From: Candidatus Latescibacterota bacterium
Lineage (GTDB): Bacteria; Latescibacterota; UBA2968; UBA8231
Reading direction: 5' to 3'
Assembly: GCA_965200315.1 (NCBI GenBank)
Contig: OZ241362.1
Location: forward strand, 2,752,001 to 2,816,000
DNA: 64,000 bases
The notes below the pieces were generated by a model that saw nothing but the letters and a program-made list of their open reading frames with translations, did no database searches and was not told the DNA's origin. Numbering within the stretch: the first letter of the stretch is position 1; every line of letters starts with the position of its first letter. Both the position numbers and the translations under genes were made by a program. Below, piece after piece: positions 10,548 through 20,011 of the stretch.

Positions 10548-10563
10548 TAAAGGAGAAAGTACC

Positions 10564-12057
10564 ATGCTAGAACGACCCAATATCATTCTGATTATGACCG
10601 ACCAACAGCACTTTGACACAATCGGTGCTTGGGGCTACGACTACGCGATTACGCCGGCGATGGACCGCTTGGCCGCCGAGGGGCTTTCCTTCCGCAATGC
10701 CTTTTGCCCAGGCGCGACCTGCATTGCCTCGCGGGCGGCGATCTTCACGGGTATGTACCCTCACAACACCGGCGTGTACAGCTTTGATCACTGGGCCAAT
10801 CACCGCAATTGGGTGCAAGATCTCAACGACGCAGGTTATCACTGCGTCAACATCGGCAAGATGCACTTTGCGCCGCGCGATGTCGCCGGGGGTTTCCGCG
10901 AGCGGGTCGTGGTGGAGAATCCCACCAGCAAGAACCTCGACATGGGTGGGGCTGACGACGATTGGGGCCGCTATCTGCGGATTCATGGCTTAGTGCGGCC
11001 CAACCACCGCAACAAGACCGATCCGCATTGGCTGAGCAAATACCAAGGCGTCCCCTGGCACTTGGAGGAGCGCTTTCACTCGGATGTCTTTATTGGCGAC
11101 TCAGCCCTTACTTGGATCCGCGATTACAAGGGCCAACAACCGTTTTTCTTGCAGGTAGGTTTTACCGGCCCGCACGAGCCGTGGGACCCGCTGCCGAGGC
11201 ATCTGGAGCAGTACGCAGAGCGGCCAATGCCCCCCCGCGTACTGCGCGAGGGCGAGTTGGCAGACAAGCCGCCCCAGCACACGGCGCAGAGAAAGACACA
11301 CGCTGAGACCGAGCACGAGTCCGCGATCGACATGTACTCGCCCAGCGAAGAGGACATCGCCCACATGCGGCGGCACTACTATGCCAAGATTACCACGGTG
11401 GATGAGAAGTTGGGCGAGGTCCTCGACGCGCTTCAGAGGCGGGGCTTTCTGGACCATAGCCTGCTGATCTTCTGCTCGGATCACGGCGAGCTGTTGGGCG
11501 ATCACGGGCTGGCGTACAAATGGCTGATGTACGATCCGATAGTACACGTGCCGCTGATCGTGCGCGACAGTCGGCGGGCTCAGAAGGGCGATGCGGTCGG
11601 CGACTTAGTTTCGTTGATGGATTTGGGACCGACGCTCCTAGAGGCGGCGGGCGTGGAGGTCCCTAGTTATCTGGAGGGACGCTCGCTGCGGCCATACTTG
11701 GAGGGGGCTGCGGATTCCGCGCCGCGCGAGTGGGTATTCTGCGAGGACAACTATCAGGTGATGATGCGCGGCCAGCGGCACAAAATGGTCTATTACATCG
11801 GCCAAGAGCAGGGCGAGCTATACGACTTGGAGCAGGACCCTCACGAGTTGTGGAACCTCTGGGGCCGACCCGAGCAGCAGGAACTGCAAAACGAGCTTAC
11901 AGCCCGTTTACTCGGCTGGCTCGCCGCAAGCACTTACTACAACGCGGGCTACCGCCGTCAGCGCAGCCGGCAGTACGCGATGCGCTGGCCGCGACCGGAT
12001 GACGCGTTTTTACACGGAGCACGGGGGAAAGCAGTGCCCCGTTCATTTGATCTCTAG
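10564..12057 (+). CDS. Sulfatase (choline-sulfatase/arylsulfatase-like)
   Basis: RPNIILIMTDQ, CIASRAAIFTG (CxAxR), GKMH, PHEP, SDHG; RBS AAGGAG. Confidence 0.92.
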   Translation: MLERPNIILIMTDQQHFDTIGAWGYDYAITPAMDRLAAEGLSFRNAFCPGATCIASRAAIFTGMYPHNTGVYSFDHWANHRNWVQDLNDAGYHCVNIGKMHFAPRDVAGGFRERVVVENPTSKNLDMGGADDDWGRYLRIHGLVRPNHRNKTDPHWLSKYQGVPWHLEERFHSDVFIGDSALTWIRDYKGQQPFFLQVGFTGPHEPWDPLPRHLEQYAERPMPPRVLREGELADKPPQHTAQRKTHAETEHESAIDMYSPSEEDIAHMRRHYYAKITTVDEKLGEVLDALQRRGFLDHSLLIFCSDHGELLGDHGLAYKWLMYDPIVHVPLIVRDSRRAQKGDAVGDLVSLMDLGPTLLEAAGVEVPSYLEGRSLRPYLEGAADSAPREWVFCEDNYQVMMRGQRHKMVYYIGQEQGELYDLEQDPHELWNLWGRPEQQELQNELTARLLGWLAASTYYNAGYRRQRSRQYAMRWPRPDDAFLHGARGKAVPRSFDL

Positions 12058-12734
12058 GATTCGGTTAAGAAGCTGGCGAGGAGATCGACGGCCGCGGTCT
12101 GGTCTATTTTGCCGGTGTTGATCGTCAGGTCGTAGAGCAGGGGGTCGTTCCAGTCGGCGTTGTGGAAGTTGCGCAGGTAGCTCTGACGCCACTGGTCGTG
12201 TTGCTCGATGAGTTTCTGCACTTGCTCGCGGCCCATGTCGCGGCTTTGCATCAATCGTTCAATCCGCGTTTCGAGCGGGGCGATGATTTTGACGTGACAG
12301 GCATTGGGGAAATCGGCGAGGACGACTTGGCTGGCCCGACCGACGACGACGGCCTTACCGCCTTGGCCAAAATCCTGCACGAGGGTCGTGATGAGTAGTT
12401 GGTACGTGCCGCGGTCGAGGTATGTCGCTTCGCTAACATCGTGCTCGCGCATGTGGGGAAACTCGAGCCCAAACTCGGGCGCATACGCGGCAGCCGATAG
12501 GGGAAAAGCCCCCGGAGCGACTTCGGGCACGAGCAATTTCTTGAGGAAGAACCTGAGCCGGCCCTCCCCTTTTTCGTCGTAGCGTTCAACCTCTTCGACC
12601 GAAGTATCGGTGATGCTGGCGATTTCTTCGACGAGGCGGCGGTCGATAAATTCGTAGCCCAGCTTGGCGGCCAACTGCTCGGCGATCCAGTCGCCAAAGC
12701 TGCCGAGCTGGCGGGCAACCGTGATGACATTCAT
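12054..12734 (-). CDS. Cytidylate kinase-like family protein
   Basis: VITVARQLGSFG, VVVGRA, YDLTINT. Confidence 0.85.
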   Translation of the reverse strand: MNVITVARQLGSFGDWIAEQLAAKLGYEFIDRRLVEEIASITDTSVEEVERYDEKGEGRLRFFLKKLLVPEVAPGAFPLSAAAYAPEFGLEFPHMREHDVSEATYLDRGTYQLLITTLVQDFGQGGKAVVVGRASQVVLADFPNACHVKIIAPLETRIERLMQSRDMGREQVQKLIEQHDQWRQSYLRNFHNADWNDPLLYDLTINTGKIDQTAAVDLLASFLTES

Positions 12735-12789
12735 GGCGAGTCTCTTAGGTTGGAAGTGCTCATGTCCCAGCTTGTACTCCTCTGTAAAG

Positions 12790-12819
12790 AGTATAAAAGG
12801 CGGATATTTGCCGTGTCAA
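12790..12819 (-). promoter_or_regulatory. Sigma70-like promoter
   Basis: Minus strand TTGACA-18 nt-TATACT upstream of the cytidylate kinase-like gene. Confidence 0.55.
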
Positions 12820-13910
12820 CGTTTTTTGGGCCGGCCCAACTGCGGCCCCAAGCGGATGGAATGGGTTTTGACGAGGCAGTAGATTGGGTCGCCGATGCCG
12901 AGCTGCATTTCCTCGATGGCTTCTGGGGTCGTCTTGGCGGCTAGCCGACGCCCGACATCCACGTAGATGAGCTGTTTCCCCCCCACATCGGCAATTGCGC
13001 TGATGGTCCCCTGCAAAGCATTGCGTACGCTCAGCCCCTCGGGGTGCTGGCGAGCGAGGACGATGTCGTCGGCGCGGATGCCGATAAAAAGGCGGCTGCC
13101 TACGGGTTGATCGCAGTAGGGGATTTTGAGCTGCTGACCGTGGCACAGGACCTCGCAGACGCCCCGTTCAGCGTCGGTCGCCGCGATTTCCACGTCGAGG
13201 ACGTTTTCAAATCCGTGCTCTTCGACCAGTGGCAGGACTTGGGGGTGGGCGGCGATGGTGAAAAAGTCGCCGTGTGCGACGACTTGGCCGCGGTCGAGGA
13301 CGACAACCTCGCTGGTGAGTTCGAGGATTTCGGCGACCGAATGGCTGACGTAGAGAATGGGAATCTGGAGGGTGTCGCGGACGTGGCACAAGTAGGGGAT
13401 GATGCGGTTTTTGAGGCTCTGATCGAGCGAGGCCAGCGGCTCGTCCATCAGCAGCAGGCGCGGGGAGGCGAGCAGGGCGCGGCCCAAGGCGACGCGCTGG
13501 CGCTCGCCGCCGGACAGGTGCCTCGGCCGACGCTTGAGCAGAGAACCAATTTCGAGCAAATCGACGATTTGGTCCAAGGCAAAGCGGCGCGCTGCCGCTG
13601 GCAGTAGGTCGCGGCCATAGCACAGGTTTTCCTCGGTGCTCAGGTGCGGAAAGAGCAAGTCGTCTTGAAATACGTAGCCGATGCGGCGGTGCTCGGGCGG
13701 CCAATCGATGCGCTCAGTCGAAGAGAAAAGGGTTTGGCCGTCCAAGGATATTTCGCCAGCGTCCGGTCTCACCAGCCCGGCGACTACGTTGAGCAGCGAG
13801 GTCTTGCCTGCACCCGACGGCCCGTAGATGGCGGTGACGGCGTGGTGACACTCAATATCGATGTCGAGTGCGAAGGGGCCTAGTTGGCGTTGTGCGTGGA
13901 GGCCGAGCAT
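12816..13910 (-). CDS. modC: Molybdate ABC transporter ATP-binding protein
   Basis: GPSGAGKT, LSGGERQRVALGRALL, DEP, C-terminal TOBE (LSVRNAL). Confidence 0.92.
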   Translation of the reverse strand: MLGLHAQRQLGPFALDIDIECHHAVTAIYGPSGAGKTSLLNVVAGLVRPDAGEISLDGQTLFSSTERIDWPPEHRRIGYVFQDDLLFPHLSTEENLCYGRDLLPAAARRFALDQIVDLLEIGSLLKRRPRHLSGGERQRVALGRALLASPRLLLMDEPLASLDQSLKNRIIPYLCHVRDTLQIPILYVSHSVAEILELTSEVVVLDRGQVVAHGDFFTIAAHPQVLPLVEEHGFENVLDVEIAATDAERGVCEVLCHGQQLKIPYCDQPVGSRLFIGIRADDIVLARQHPEGLSVRNALQGTISAIADVGGKQLIYVDVGRRLAAKTTPEAIEEMQLGIGDPIYCLVKTHSIRLGPQLGRPKKR

Positions 13911-13912
13911 TG

Positions 13913-14587
13913 CTAACTCGAACGCAGGCGACGAGCCGACCACTCGCTGGCCACGAGGGCCAACAGCGAAAGCGCGACCGAGACCACGATTAGTCCGACG
14001 ACGCGGCTTTCTCCGTCCGGTTGGTTGAGATACGTGTAAATGGCCGAGGGGATGGTGCGGGTCTGCCCGGCGATGTTGGCCGCAAAGGTGATGGTCGCGC
14101 CAAATTCGCCCAAGGAGCGGGCAAAGCTCAACAGCGAGCCGACCAGCAGGCCGGGAGCGGCGAGGCGCAAGGTCACGGTCAGAAAGACGCGCACCGGACC
14201 CGCCCCGAGGGTGCGGGCGACGCGCTCTAGGCGCGGATCCACGCTTTCAATCCCGAGGCGCACGGAGCGCAGCATCAGGGGAAAGCCAACCACGGCCGAG
14301 GCCAGTACCGCGCCCTTCCAGTTGAAGGCCAACTGGAGATCGAGGGCTGTAAGTATTGGGCCGAAGAGACCGCGGCGGCCAAAAAGCAACAGGAGCAAAT
14401 AGCCGGTGACTACTGGCGGCAGGACCAGCGGCAGGTGACAAAGGCCGTCGAGGGCAATCTTGAGCGGGAACTCCCGCCGGGCCAGCAGCCAGCCCAGCAA
14501 CACGGCCGGCAGCAGGCTCAGCAGCACACAGCAAAAGGCCACGCGCAGCGAGAGTAAAAGGACCTGCACTGCCTCAGTGCTGAACAC
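13913..14587 (-). CDS. modB: Molybdate ABC transporter permease
   Basis: HLPLVLPPVVTGY, FARSLGEFGATITFA. Confidence 0.95.
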   Translation of the reverse strand: MFSTEAVQVLLLSLRVAFCCVLLSLLPAVLLGWLLARREFPLKIALDGLCHLPLVLPPVVTGYLLLLLFGRRGLFGPILTALDLQLAFNWKGAVLASAVVGFPLMLRSVRLGIESVDPRLERVARTLGAGPVRVFLTVTLRLAAPGLLVGSLLSFARSLGEFGATITFAANIAGQTRTIPSAIYTYLNQPDGESRVVGLIVVSVALSLLALVASEWSARRLRSS

Positions 14588-15323
14588 GTTGGTCGCCCAA
14601 AAAGATAAAGCCGTGTTTGCGGAAGATACTGGCGGCCGTATCCGAGCCGAAAAACGCCAGCAGATCGCGCACCTGTGCGCTGGCGCGGCCCTTGACGATG
14701 GCTGCCGGATAGACGATGGGGCGGTGCAGTGAGTCTGGCACTGTCGCTAGGGTTATTACGCGGTCGCTTTGGGCCGCATCGGTGGCGTACACCAAGCCGG
14801 CGGAGCACTCTCCGCGCTCTACGTACACCAAGGCAGCGCGGACGTCGGGCGCGGGTGCGATGCGGCTTTTGATCCCTGGCCACCAGCCCAATTTCTCTAG
14901 GGCTTGGCGGGCGTACTGGCCGGCCGGGACGTGATCGGGATCGCCGAGGGCCAAGCGGCCAGCGAAAGCGCCAGCAAAGGCGAAGTCCCTTGCCCAGCGG
15001 ACAGCGAAAGGTTCTTCTCGCGGTACAATGACCACGAGGGCGTTGCCAAGGAGAGCGACGCGAGTATCTCGCTCGATGTACTGGCGCACTTGGAGATAGT
15101 CCATCCACTCGGCATTGGCGGAAAAGTAAATGTCCGCTGGCGCACCGGCGGCAATTTGTTTGGCTAAAGTCGAAGAGCTGGCGACGGACAGGCGCATCCC
15201 CTCGTAGCGGGTGGCCAGTTCTGAGAGTGCGGAACTTAGGCTAGCGGCGGCGAACACGCTTTGGGCCGCGGCCAGCGCGGGACAGAGCAAGAGCAGTACG
15301 ATGCTAAGTGTGCGCAGGGTCAT
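14574..15323 (-). CDS. modA: Molybdate ABC transporter substrate-binding protein
   Basis: Signal peptide, VFAAASL, SSSTLAKQI..GAPAD, VPAG.YA, GLVYATDA. Confidence 0.93.
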   Translation of the reverse strand: MTLRTLSIVLLLLCPALAAAQSVFAAASLSSALSELATRYEGMRLSVASSSTLAKQIAAGAPADIYFSANAEWMDYLQVRQYIERDTRVALLGNALVVIVPREEPFAVRWARDFAFAGAFAGRLALGDPDHVPAGQYARQALEKLGWWPGIKSRIAPAPDVRAALVYVERGECSAGLVYATDAAQSDRVITLATVPDSLHRPIVYPAAIVKGRASAQVRDLLAFFGSDTAASIFRKHGFIFLGDQRVQH

Positions 15324-17679
15324 GGTGCCAAAACTTGGCCAGCGACTGGGCGATATGGGCGGGGTTGCGGACGGAATGCACTCGGCGCCAAGAGGCGGGA
15401 AAAAGCTGGCGATAGCGACTTTGAGCAAAGCGGCGATCGACGAGGAGGATCGCGCCGCGGTCGCTCGCGGTGCGGATTACGCGGCCTGCGGCCTGCAACA
15501 CGCGGTTCATGCCCGGATAGACGTAAGCATACGCAAAGCCGGAAATATCGCGCTCGTCGAAATAGTGGCGGATCAGGTCGCGCTCCAAGCACAGTTGCGG
15601 CAGCCCAACGCCGACTACTACTGCACCCACTAGCCGCTCGCCGACTAAATCAATCCCCTCGCCGAAGACGCCGCCCATCACCGCGAAACCCACCGTGTGC
15701 TGGGCGGGCTGCAATGGCTCCGCGTCGAATGCGGATAGGAACGCCTCGCGCTGGCGGTCGGACATGCCGCTTTCTTGAACGAGGAGGTCAATGCTTGGGT
15801 ACGCCTCGGCAAAGCGCGTCGCCACCTCCTCCATGTATTTGTACGAAGGGAAAAAGGCGAGGTAGTTGCCCGCACGCTGGCTGACGAGAGCGGCGATGGA
15901 CTCGGCGATGTCGCTGTAGCTCTCGCCGCGCTTTTTGTACGTCGTTTCAATGTGGTCGGCCAGCAGCAGGTGCAGGTGTTCGGGCGGGAAGGGCGAACCA
16001 AGGCTCAACAAGGTATCCCCCTCCTCGCCGCCGAGCAGGTCGCGGAAATACGCCAGCGGCGAGAGCGTGGCCGAGAAGAATACGGCCGCACAGCCACGCC
16101 CTAGGGCCTGGCGGATATTTTGTGCTGGGTCGAGACAGAAGATGCGGAATTGAATATCCCGCCCCTGTTTTTCGCTGTACGTGGTGTAGTGCTCGTCGAA
16201 CAGCTCGCCGATGCGCTCAAAGCCCAGCAACCGGAAGTAGCACTCGATCAATTCGTCCCAAAAGGGCAAGGCCGCGCCCTGCTCTAGTACCTTCTCGGCC
16301 GTGCGGAGGACATTGTGGACCAGCGCCATCAGGTCCGTCGATAGCTGTGGGCTGATCCAACACGCGCCGTCGCCTTCTTGCTCAACCTTCTTGCCGAGCT
16401 TGGCAAAGTAGCGGTTGAGGGCGTCGAGCTGTTTGCTCAAGTCGGGATGCGTCTTGCCGACTAAGCGCTTGAGCCCAGATATCTCGGACTTGCACAGATC
16501 GGCGGAAAACATCGCGCGCGCCCGGTCGACGAGATTGTGCGCCTCGTCAATGAGGAAGGCGTATTGCCCTCTGGTGTCTTGGAAGAAGCGCTTGAGGAAG
16601 GCGCGTGGATCGAAGACGTAGTTGTAATCGCAGATGATGACGTCGCACCACGGCGCGAGGTCGAGCGAGAACTCAAAGGGGCAGACGGTGTGCTTTTGCG
16701 CGCATTCCTCGATGAGGGGCCGGGTGAAGGCGTCGTGGGTAAAGATGTCTTCAAGCGCATCGTTGATGCGGTCGTAGTAGCCGCGGGCGAACTCGCATTC
16801 TTCGGGATCGCAGGTGCTGCCGCCGTTGGGTTTGAAGCAAATTTTGTCGCGGGCCGTCAGCGTCAGGCTCTTGATGCGTGCGCCTCCCCCGCGCAGGTCG
16901 TCAATGGCCTTTTCGGCAACCTTGCGCCCGCTGGTTTTGGCCGTCAGGTAGAAAATTTTTTCGGCATGGCCCAAGCCGAGGGCCTTGGCGGCCGGAAACA
17001 GAGTCGAAATGGTTTTGCCGATGCCGGTGGGCGCTTGGGCAAAAGCCCGACCGCGGCCGTCGATGGTGCGGTAGGTGGCCGCGGCCAGATCGCGCTGGCC
17101 GGGTCGGAACTCGGCGAAGGGAAATTTGAACTCCACAAGCGAAAGATCGCGCTCGGCGCACCACTGTTGGTAGATGCGCGCCCAATGCAGGTAGCGCTCA
17201 ATGAGATCGGCGCAAAACGCCGCCAGTTCGCGGCACGCAAAGGTGCGGCGGTCCTCGTGGTGCTCATAGGTATCCAACTGAAGGTAGGTTAGCTGGACAT
17301 CGATGGCGTCGAGGCCGCTTTGCTCGGCGACCATAAAGGCGTAGAGCTTGGCTTGCGCCCAATGCGTTGGGTTTTCAGGGACCTCGTCGAGATCGGCCTC
17401 GGTGGTCTTGATTTCCTCGACGAGCACGGCGGCGTCTTCGACGAGTAGGCCGTCGATGCGGCCGCTTATTTCGAGGGCGATTTCGTCGGTCTCGATTAGG
17501 TAGGAGATGGGTACTTCCGCTTGATAGTCGGCGGGGCGGGCGCGCTGGATCTTCTGGTGGCCGTGCGTTCCCTCGACTAGGCGGTCGGGACGGGAAAAGC
17601 CGCCGAAAATTAGATCGCCGGAGCGCAGTACGAAGCCAACAAGTTCGCGGACCGAGGTTTTGATCAGGCGCGGGGGCAT
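15304..17679 (-). CDS. DinG/Rad3-family helicase with N-terminal PD-(D/E)xK nuclease domain
   Basis: GRIDG...EEIKT nuclease motif; APTGIGKT, Fe-S cysteines, DEAH, QAAGRVIR. Confidence 0.88.
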   Translation of the reverse strand: MPPRLIKTSVRELVGFVLRSGDLIFGGFSRPDRLVEGTHGHQKIQRARPADYQAEVPISYLIETDEIALEISGRIDGLLVEDAAVLVEEIKTTEADLDEVPENPTHWAQAKLYAFMVAEQSGLDAIDVQLTYLQLDTYEHHEDRRTFACRELAAFCADLIERYLHWARIYQQWCAERDLSLVEFKFPFAEFRPGQRDLAAATYRTIDGRGRAFAQAPTGIGKTISTLFPAAKALGLGHAEKIFYLTAKTSGRKVAEKAIDDLRGGGARIKSLTLTARDKICFKPNGGSTCDPEECEFARGYYDRINDALEDIFTHDAFTRPLIEECAQKHTVCPFEFSLDLAPWCDVIICDYNYVFDPRAFLKRFFQDTRGQYAFLIDEAHNLVDRARAMFSADLCKSEISGLKRLVGKTHPDLSKQLDALNRYFAKLGKKVEQEGDGACWISPQLSTDLMALVHNVLRTAEKVLEQGAALPFWDELIECYFRLLGFERIGELFDEHYTTYSEKQGRDIQFRIFCLDPAQNIRQALGRGCAAVFFSATLSPLAYFRDLLGGEEGDTLLSLGSPFPPEHLHLLLADHIETTYKKRGESYSDIAESIAALVSQRAGNYLAFFPSYKYMEEVATRFAEAYPSIDLLVQESGMSDRQREAFLSAFDAEPLQPAQHTVGFAVMGGVFGEGIDLVGERLVGAVVVGVGLPQLCLERDLIRHYFDERDISGFAYAYVYPGMNRVLQAAGRVIRTASDRGAILLVDRRFAQSRYRQLFPASWRRVHSVRNPAHIAQSLAKFWHHDPAHT

Positions 17680-17731
17680 GGCGTATAATATAGGGGCACT
17701 ATCGGGCACTTGCATTCTCAAAGGAGACGAT

Positions 17732-18607
17732 ATGACGAGCCAATCCGTAGTCTTGGGCGTCATTGGCGGGTCGGGGTTGTACCATATAGAAGGGGTCGAA
17801 ACGGTCGCCGAGCACCGGCTAGATACGCCTTTTGGCGCGCCCTCGGACGCCATTGTCGAGGCGCACATCGGCGGGCGCACAGTGCATTTTCTGCCGCGAC
17901 ATGGCCGAGGGCATCGGCTGCTGCCGAGCGAAGTGCCCTCGTGCGCCAATATCCACGCGCTCAAGCAACTCGGTGTGAACCACGTTTTGGCCATAAGTGC
18001 CTGCGGCATCATGCAGGAAGATATCCGGCCTGGGGACATGATCGTACCCGACCAGATTTTTGACCGCACGCGCGGACAACGCCCATCGACGTTTTTCGGC
18101 GCCGGGATCGTCGGACACGTTATGTTTGCCGACCCATTCTGCGAGACGTTGCGGGGCGAGGTCGTCGCGGCGACACAGGCGGCAGGTGCCAACGTCCACG
18201 AGGGCGGCACGTACCTCTGCATGGAGGGGCCGGCCTTTTCCACCCGCGCTGAGTCGCATTTCTACCGCAACGCCGTGGGCGCAGCCGTGATCGGCATGAC
18301 CGCCCTGCCCGAGGCCAAGCTAGCGCACGAGGCGGAAATGTGCTACGCACTGCTGGCGACGGGCACGGACTACGACTGCTGGCACGAGGAAGAGGAAGAC
18401 GTGACCGTCGAGCAAGTGTTAGCGGTGCTGCGAGCCAACAGTGCCTTAGCTAAGCAGATTGTCTCCGAGGTTGCCACGCGCCTGCCGACCGAATCCGCGT
18501 GCCCTTGTTTGCGCGCGGCCGAAAGCGCCATCGTCACCGACCCAGCGGTGATTCCCTTAGAGGCGAAGGAACGGCTCCGGGTGTTCTACGGGAAGTATTG
18601 GGATTAA
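17732..18607 (+). CDS. mtnP: S-methyl-5'-thioadenosine phosphorylase
   Basis: GVIGGSG, TPFGAPS, FLPRHG, MEGPAFSTRAES, IGMT..PEAKLA, TDYDCW. Confidence 0.93.
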   Translation: MTSQSVVLGVIGGSGLYHIEGVETVAEHRLDTPFGAPSDAIVEAHIGGRTVHFLPRHGRGHRLLPSEVPSCANIHALKQLGVNHVLAISACGIMQEDIRPGDMIVPDQIFDRTRGQRPSTFFGAGIVGHVMFADPFCETLRGEVVAATQAAGANVHEGGTYLCMEGPAFSTRAESHFYRNAVGAAVIGMTALPEAKLAHEAEMCYALLATGTDYDCWHEEEEDVTVEQVLAVLRANSALAKQIVSEVATRLPTESACPCLRAAESAIVTDPAVIPLEAKERLRVFYGKYWD

Positions 18608-18627
18608 GCGACAAAAGGACGAATGGC

Positions 18628-19680
18628 ATGGGCACGATAAAAGTGAATTGGACGAGAAAAATCTACGGCGGCGGCCGCGGCTGGCACGTCGGCAGCTTGG
18701 TGCGCTGGAAGGGTGCGTACCACCTATGCTTCGTCGAGGGCAGCGGCCACGGCAGCGGCGATTCGCAAATCCGCGTCTGCTCATCCACAGATCTGGAGAC
18801 TTGGACTAGCCAAATCGCGCTAGGCGCGAAGACTATCGACCCAAACCTGCTGCCCGTGGGCGACCGGCTTCTAGTGTACGGAGTGCGCCTCAGCCGCGAG
18901 GAAGCCGAAGGACAACCCGAGCCTGAGTACGGCTTCACCTCACAGCAAATAGTCGCCGCGACGACAGACGGAAAGACGTGGAGCCAGCCCCGGCGCTGCT
19001 TTGTGATGAACCACGATTTCTGGCATCCGGTGGAGCACGAGGGCCGCTATTGGGTCACCTGCGACACGGTCGGCCATACCCCCCACGCCAGCCACAATTC
19101 AGTCGATTTGCTCGTCTCCGACGACGGGGAACGCTGGCAGTGGGTCAGCGAGATCATCCACGGCACCACGCACCCTGAATACCGCGACTTGACCGGCCTC
19201 GAATTCGGTGTGCAAGCACCGAGCGAAACGTCCCTTTGCTTTGGGGAAGACCAGCGCCTGTTGGCCGTCACTCGCGCCCGCGGCTACTGCGCCCTGCTTT
19301 CTACCGCGCAGCCGCCCTACGACCAATGGGAGCGCACCTTGTCGCAGGAATCGCGCTGCTACGGCTCGGCCATAGCCCAAGTGGGCCGCCACGTACTCGT
19401 TACCGGCCGCAGCTTCAGCAACGAAGGGATTCGCGCCACAGCGGACCAATTCAACGAACCCTTCAGCCCGCACGACCAGACTCAGCTTCGCACCGGAGTT
19501 TTCCTCTACGAAGATGGCGACATTCGGTTGAAAGCCGTGCTGCCCAGCGGCGGCGACACGGGCTACGCCGGCATCTTGCCCATGGGCGACGACCACGCGC
19601 TCATCGCGTATTACTCGACCTACGAATCGCCCGATGGGGAGTCTTGCGTCTATTTGTCTTCCGTAACCATTGAGAAGTGA
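18628..19680 (+). CDS. BNR/Asp-box beta-propeller (sialidase-like) protein
   Basis: Asp-box-like repeats STDLETW, TTDGKTW, SDDGERW; LPSGGDTGY. Confidence 0.55.
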   Translation: MGTIKVNWTRKIYGGGRGWHVGSLVRWKGAYHLCFVEGSGHGSGDSQIRVCSSTDLETWTSQIALGAKTIDPNLLPVGDRLLVYGVRLSREEAEGQPEPEYGFTSQQIVAATTDGKTWSQPRRCFVMNHDFWHPVEHEGRYWVTCDTVGHTPHASHNSVDLLVSDDGERWQWVSEIIHGTTHPEYRDLTGLEFGVQAPSETSLCFGEDQRLLAVTRARGYCALLSTAQPPYDQWERTLSQESRCYGSAIAQVGRHVLVTGRSFSNEGIRATADQFNEPFSPHDQTQLRTGVFLYEDGDIRLKAVLPSGGDTGYAGILPMGDDHALIAYYSTYESPDGESCVYLSSVTIEK

Positions 19681-19696
19681 CCATGGGGTAGAACGA

Positions 19697-19729
19697 ACAT
19701 TGGGCAGAGAGAAACCCTCTGCCCAATGT
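19697..19729. terminator. 13-bp perfect hairpin, probable terminator
   Basis: ACATTGGGCAGAG-7 nt-CTCTGCCCAATGT between convergent ORFs; no clear U-tract. Confidence 0.5.
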
Positions 19730-19775
19730 CCGACGATCGGTGTCAGAATGGAGAACAATCAGATGTAAAAGATAC

Positions 19776-19975
19776 TCAGCGCAACTGATTGCTCAGATGA
19801 TTTTTGATTCGGCCCCAGGAGGAGCTCTCCACTGCGGTTGCTCCTGATCCCCCGGCATTGGGGCAGTCTTCGCATTCCAGTAAAATCCAGTCGGGAAACC
19901 CATCTCCCTGTGTGTCATAGGTGAGCGGGTTTTCAGCTCCGGTAAATCTATCCTTCAGCAAGCCGACACGACGGG
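19776..19975 (-). pseudogene. 3' remnant of a secreted protein ending in TAVESSSWGRIK
   Basis: Plausible C-terminus only; the upstream part of the ORF overlaps an opposite-strand remnant. Confidence 0.5.
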
Positions 19976-20011
19976 CGCGGCGCAAAAGGATTGCTATAGG
20001 AGGCACGGATT

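Noticed and set aside
15304-17679. Cas4/DinG-like fusion as a type IV CRISPR component
   Set aside because: No cas genes or array nearby; matches the widespread stand-alone nuclease-helicase architecture
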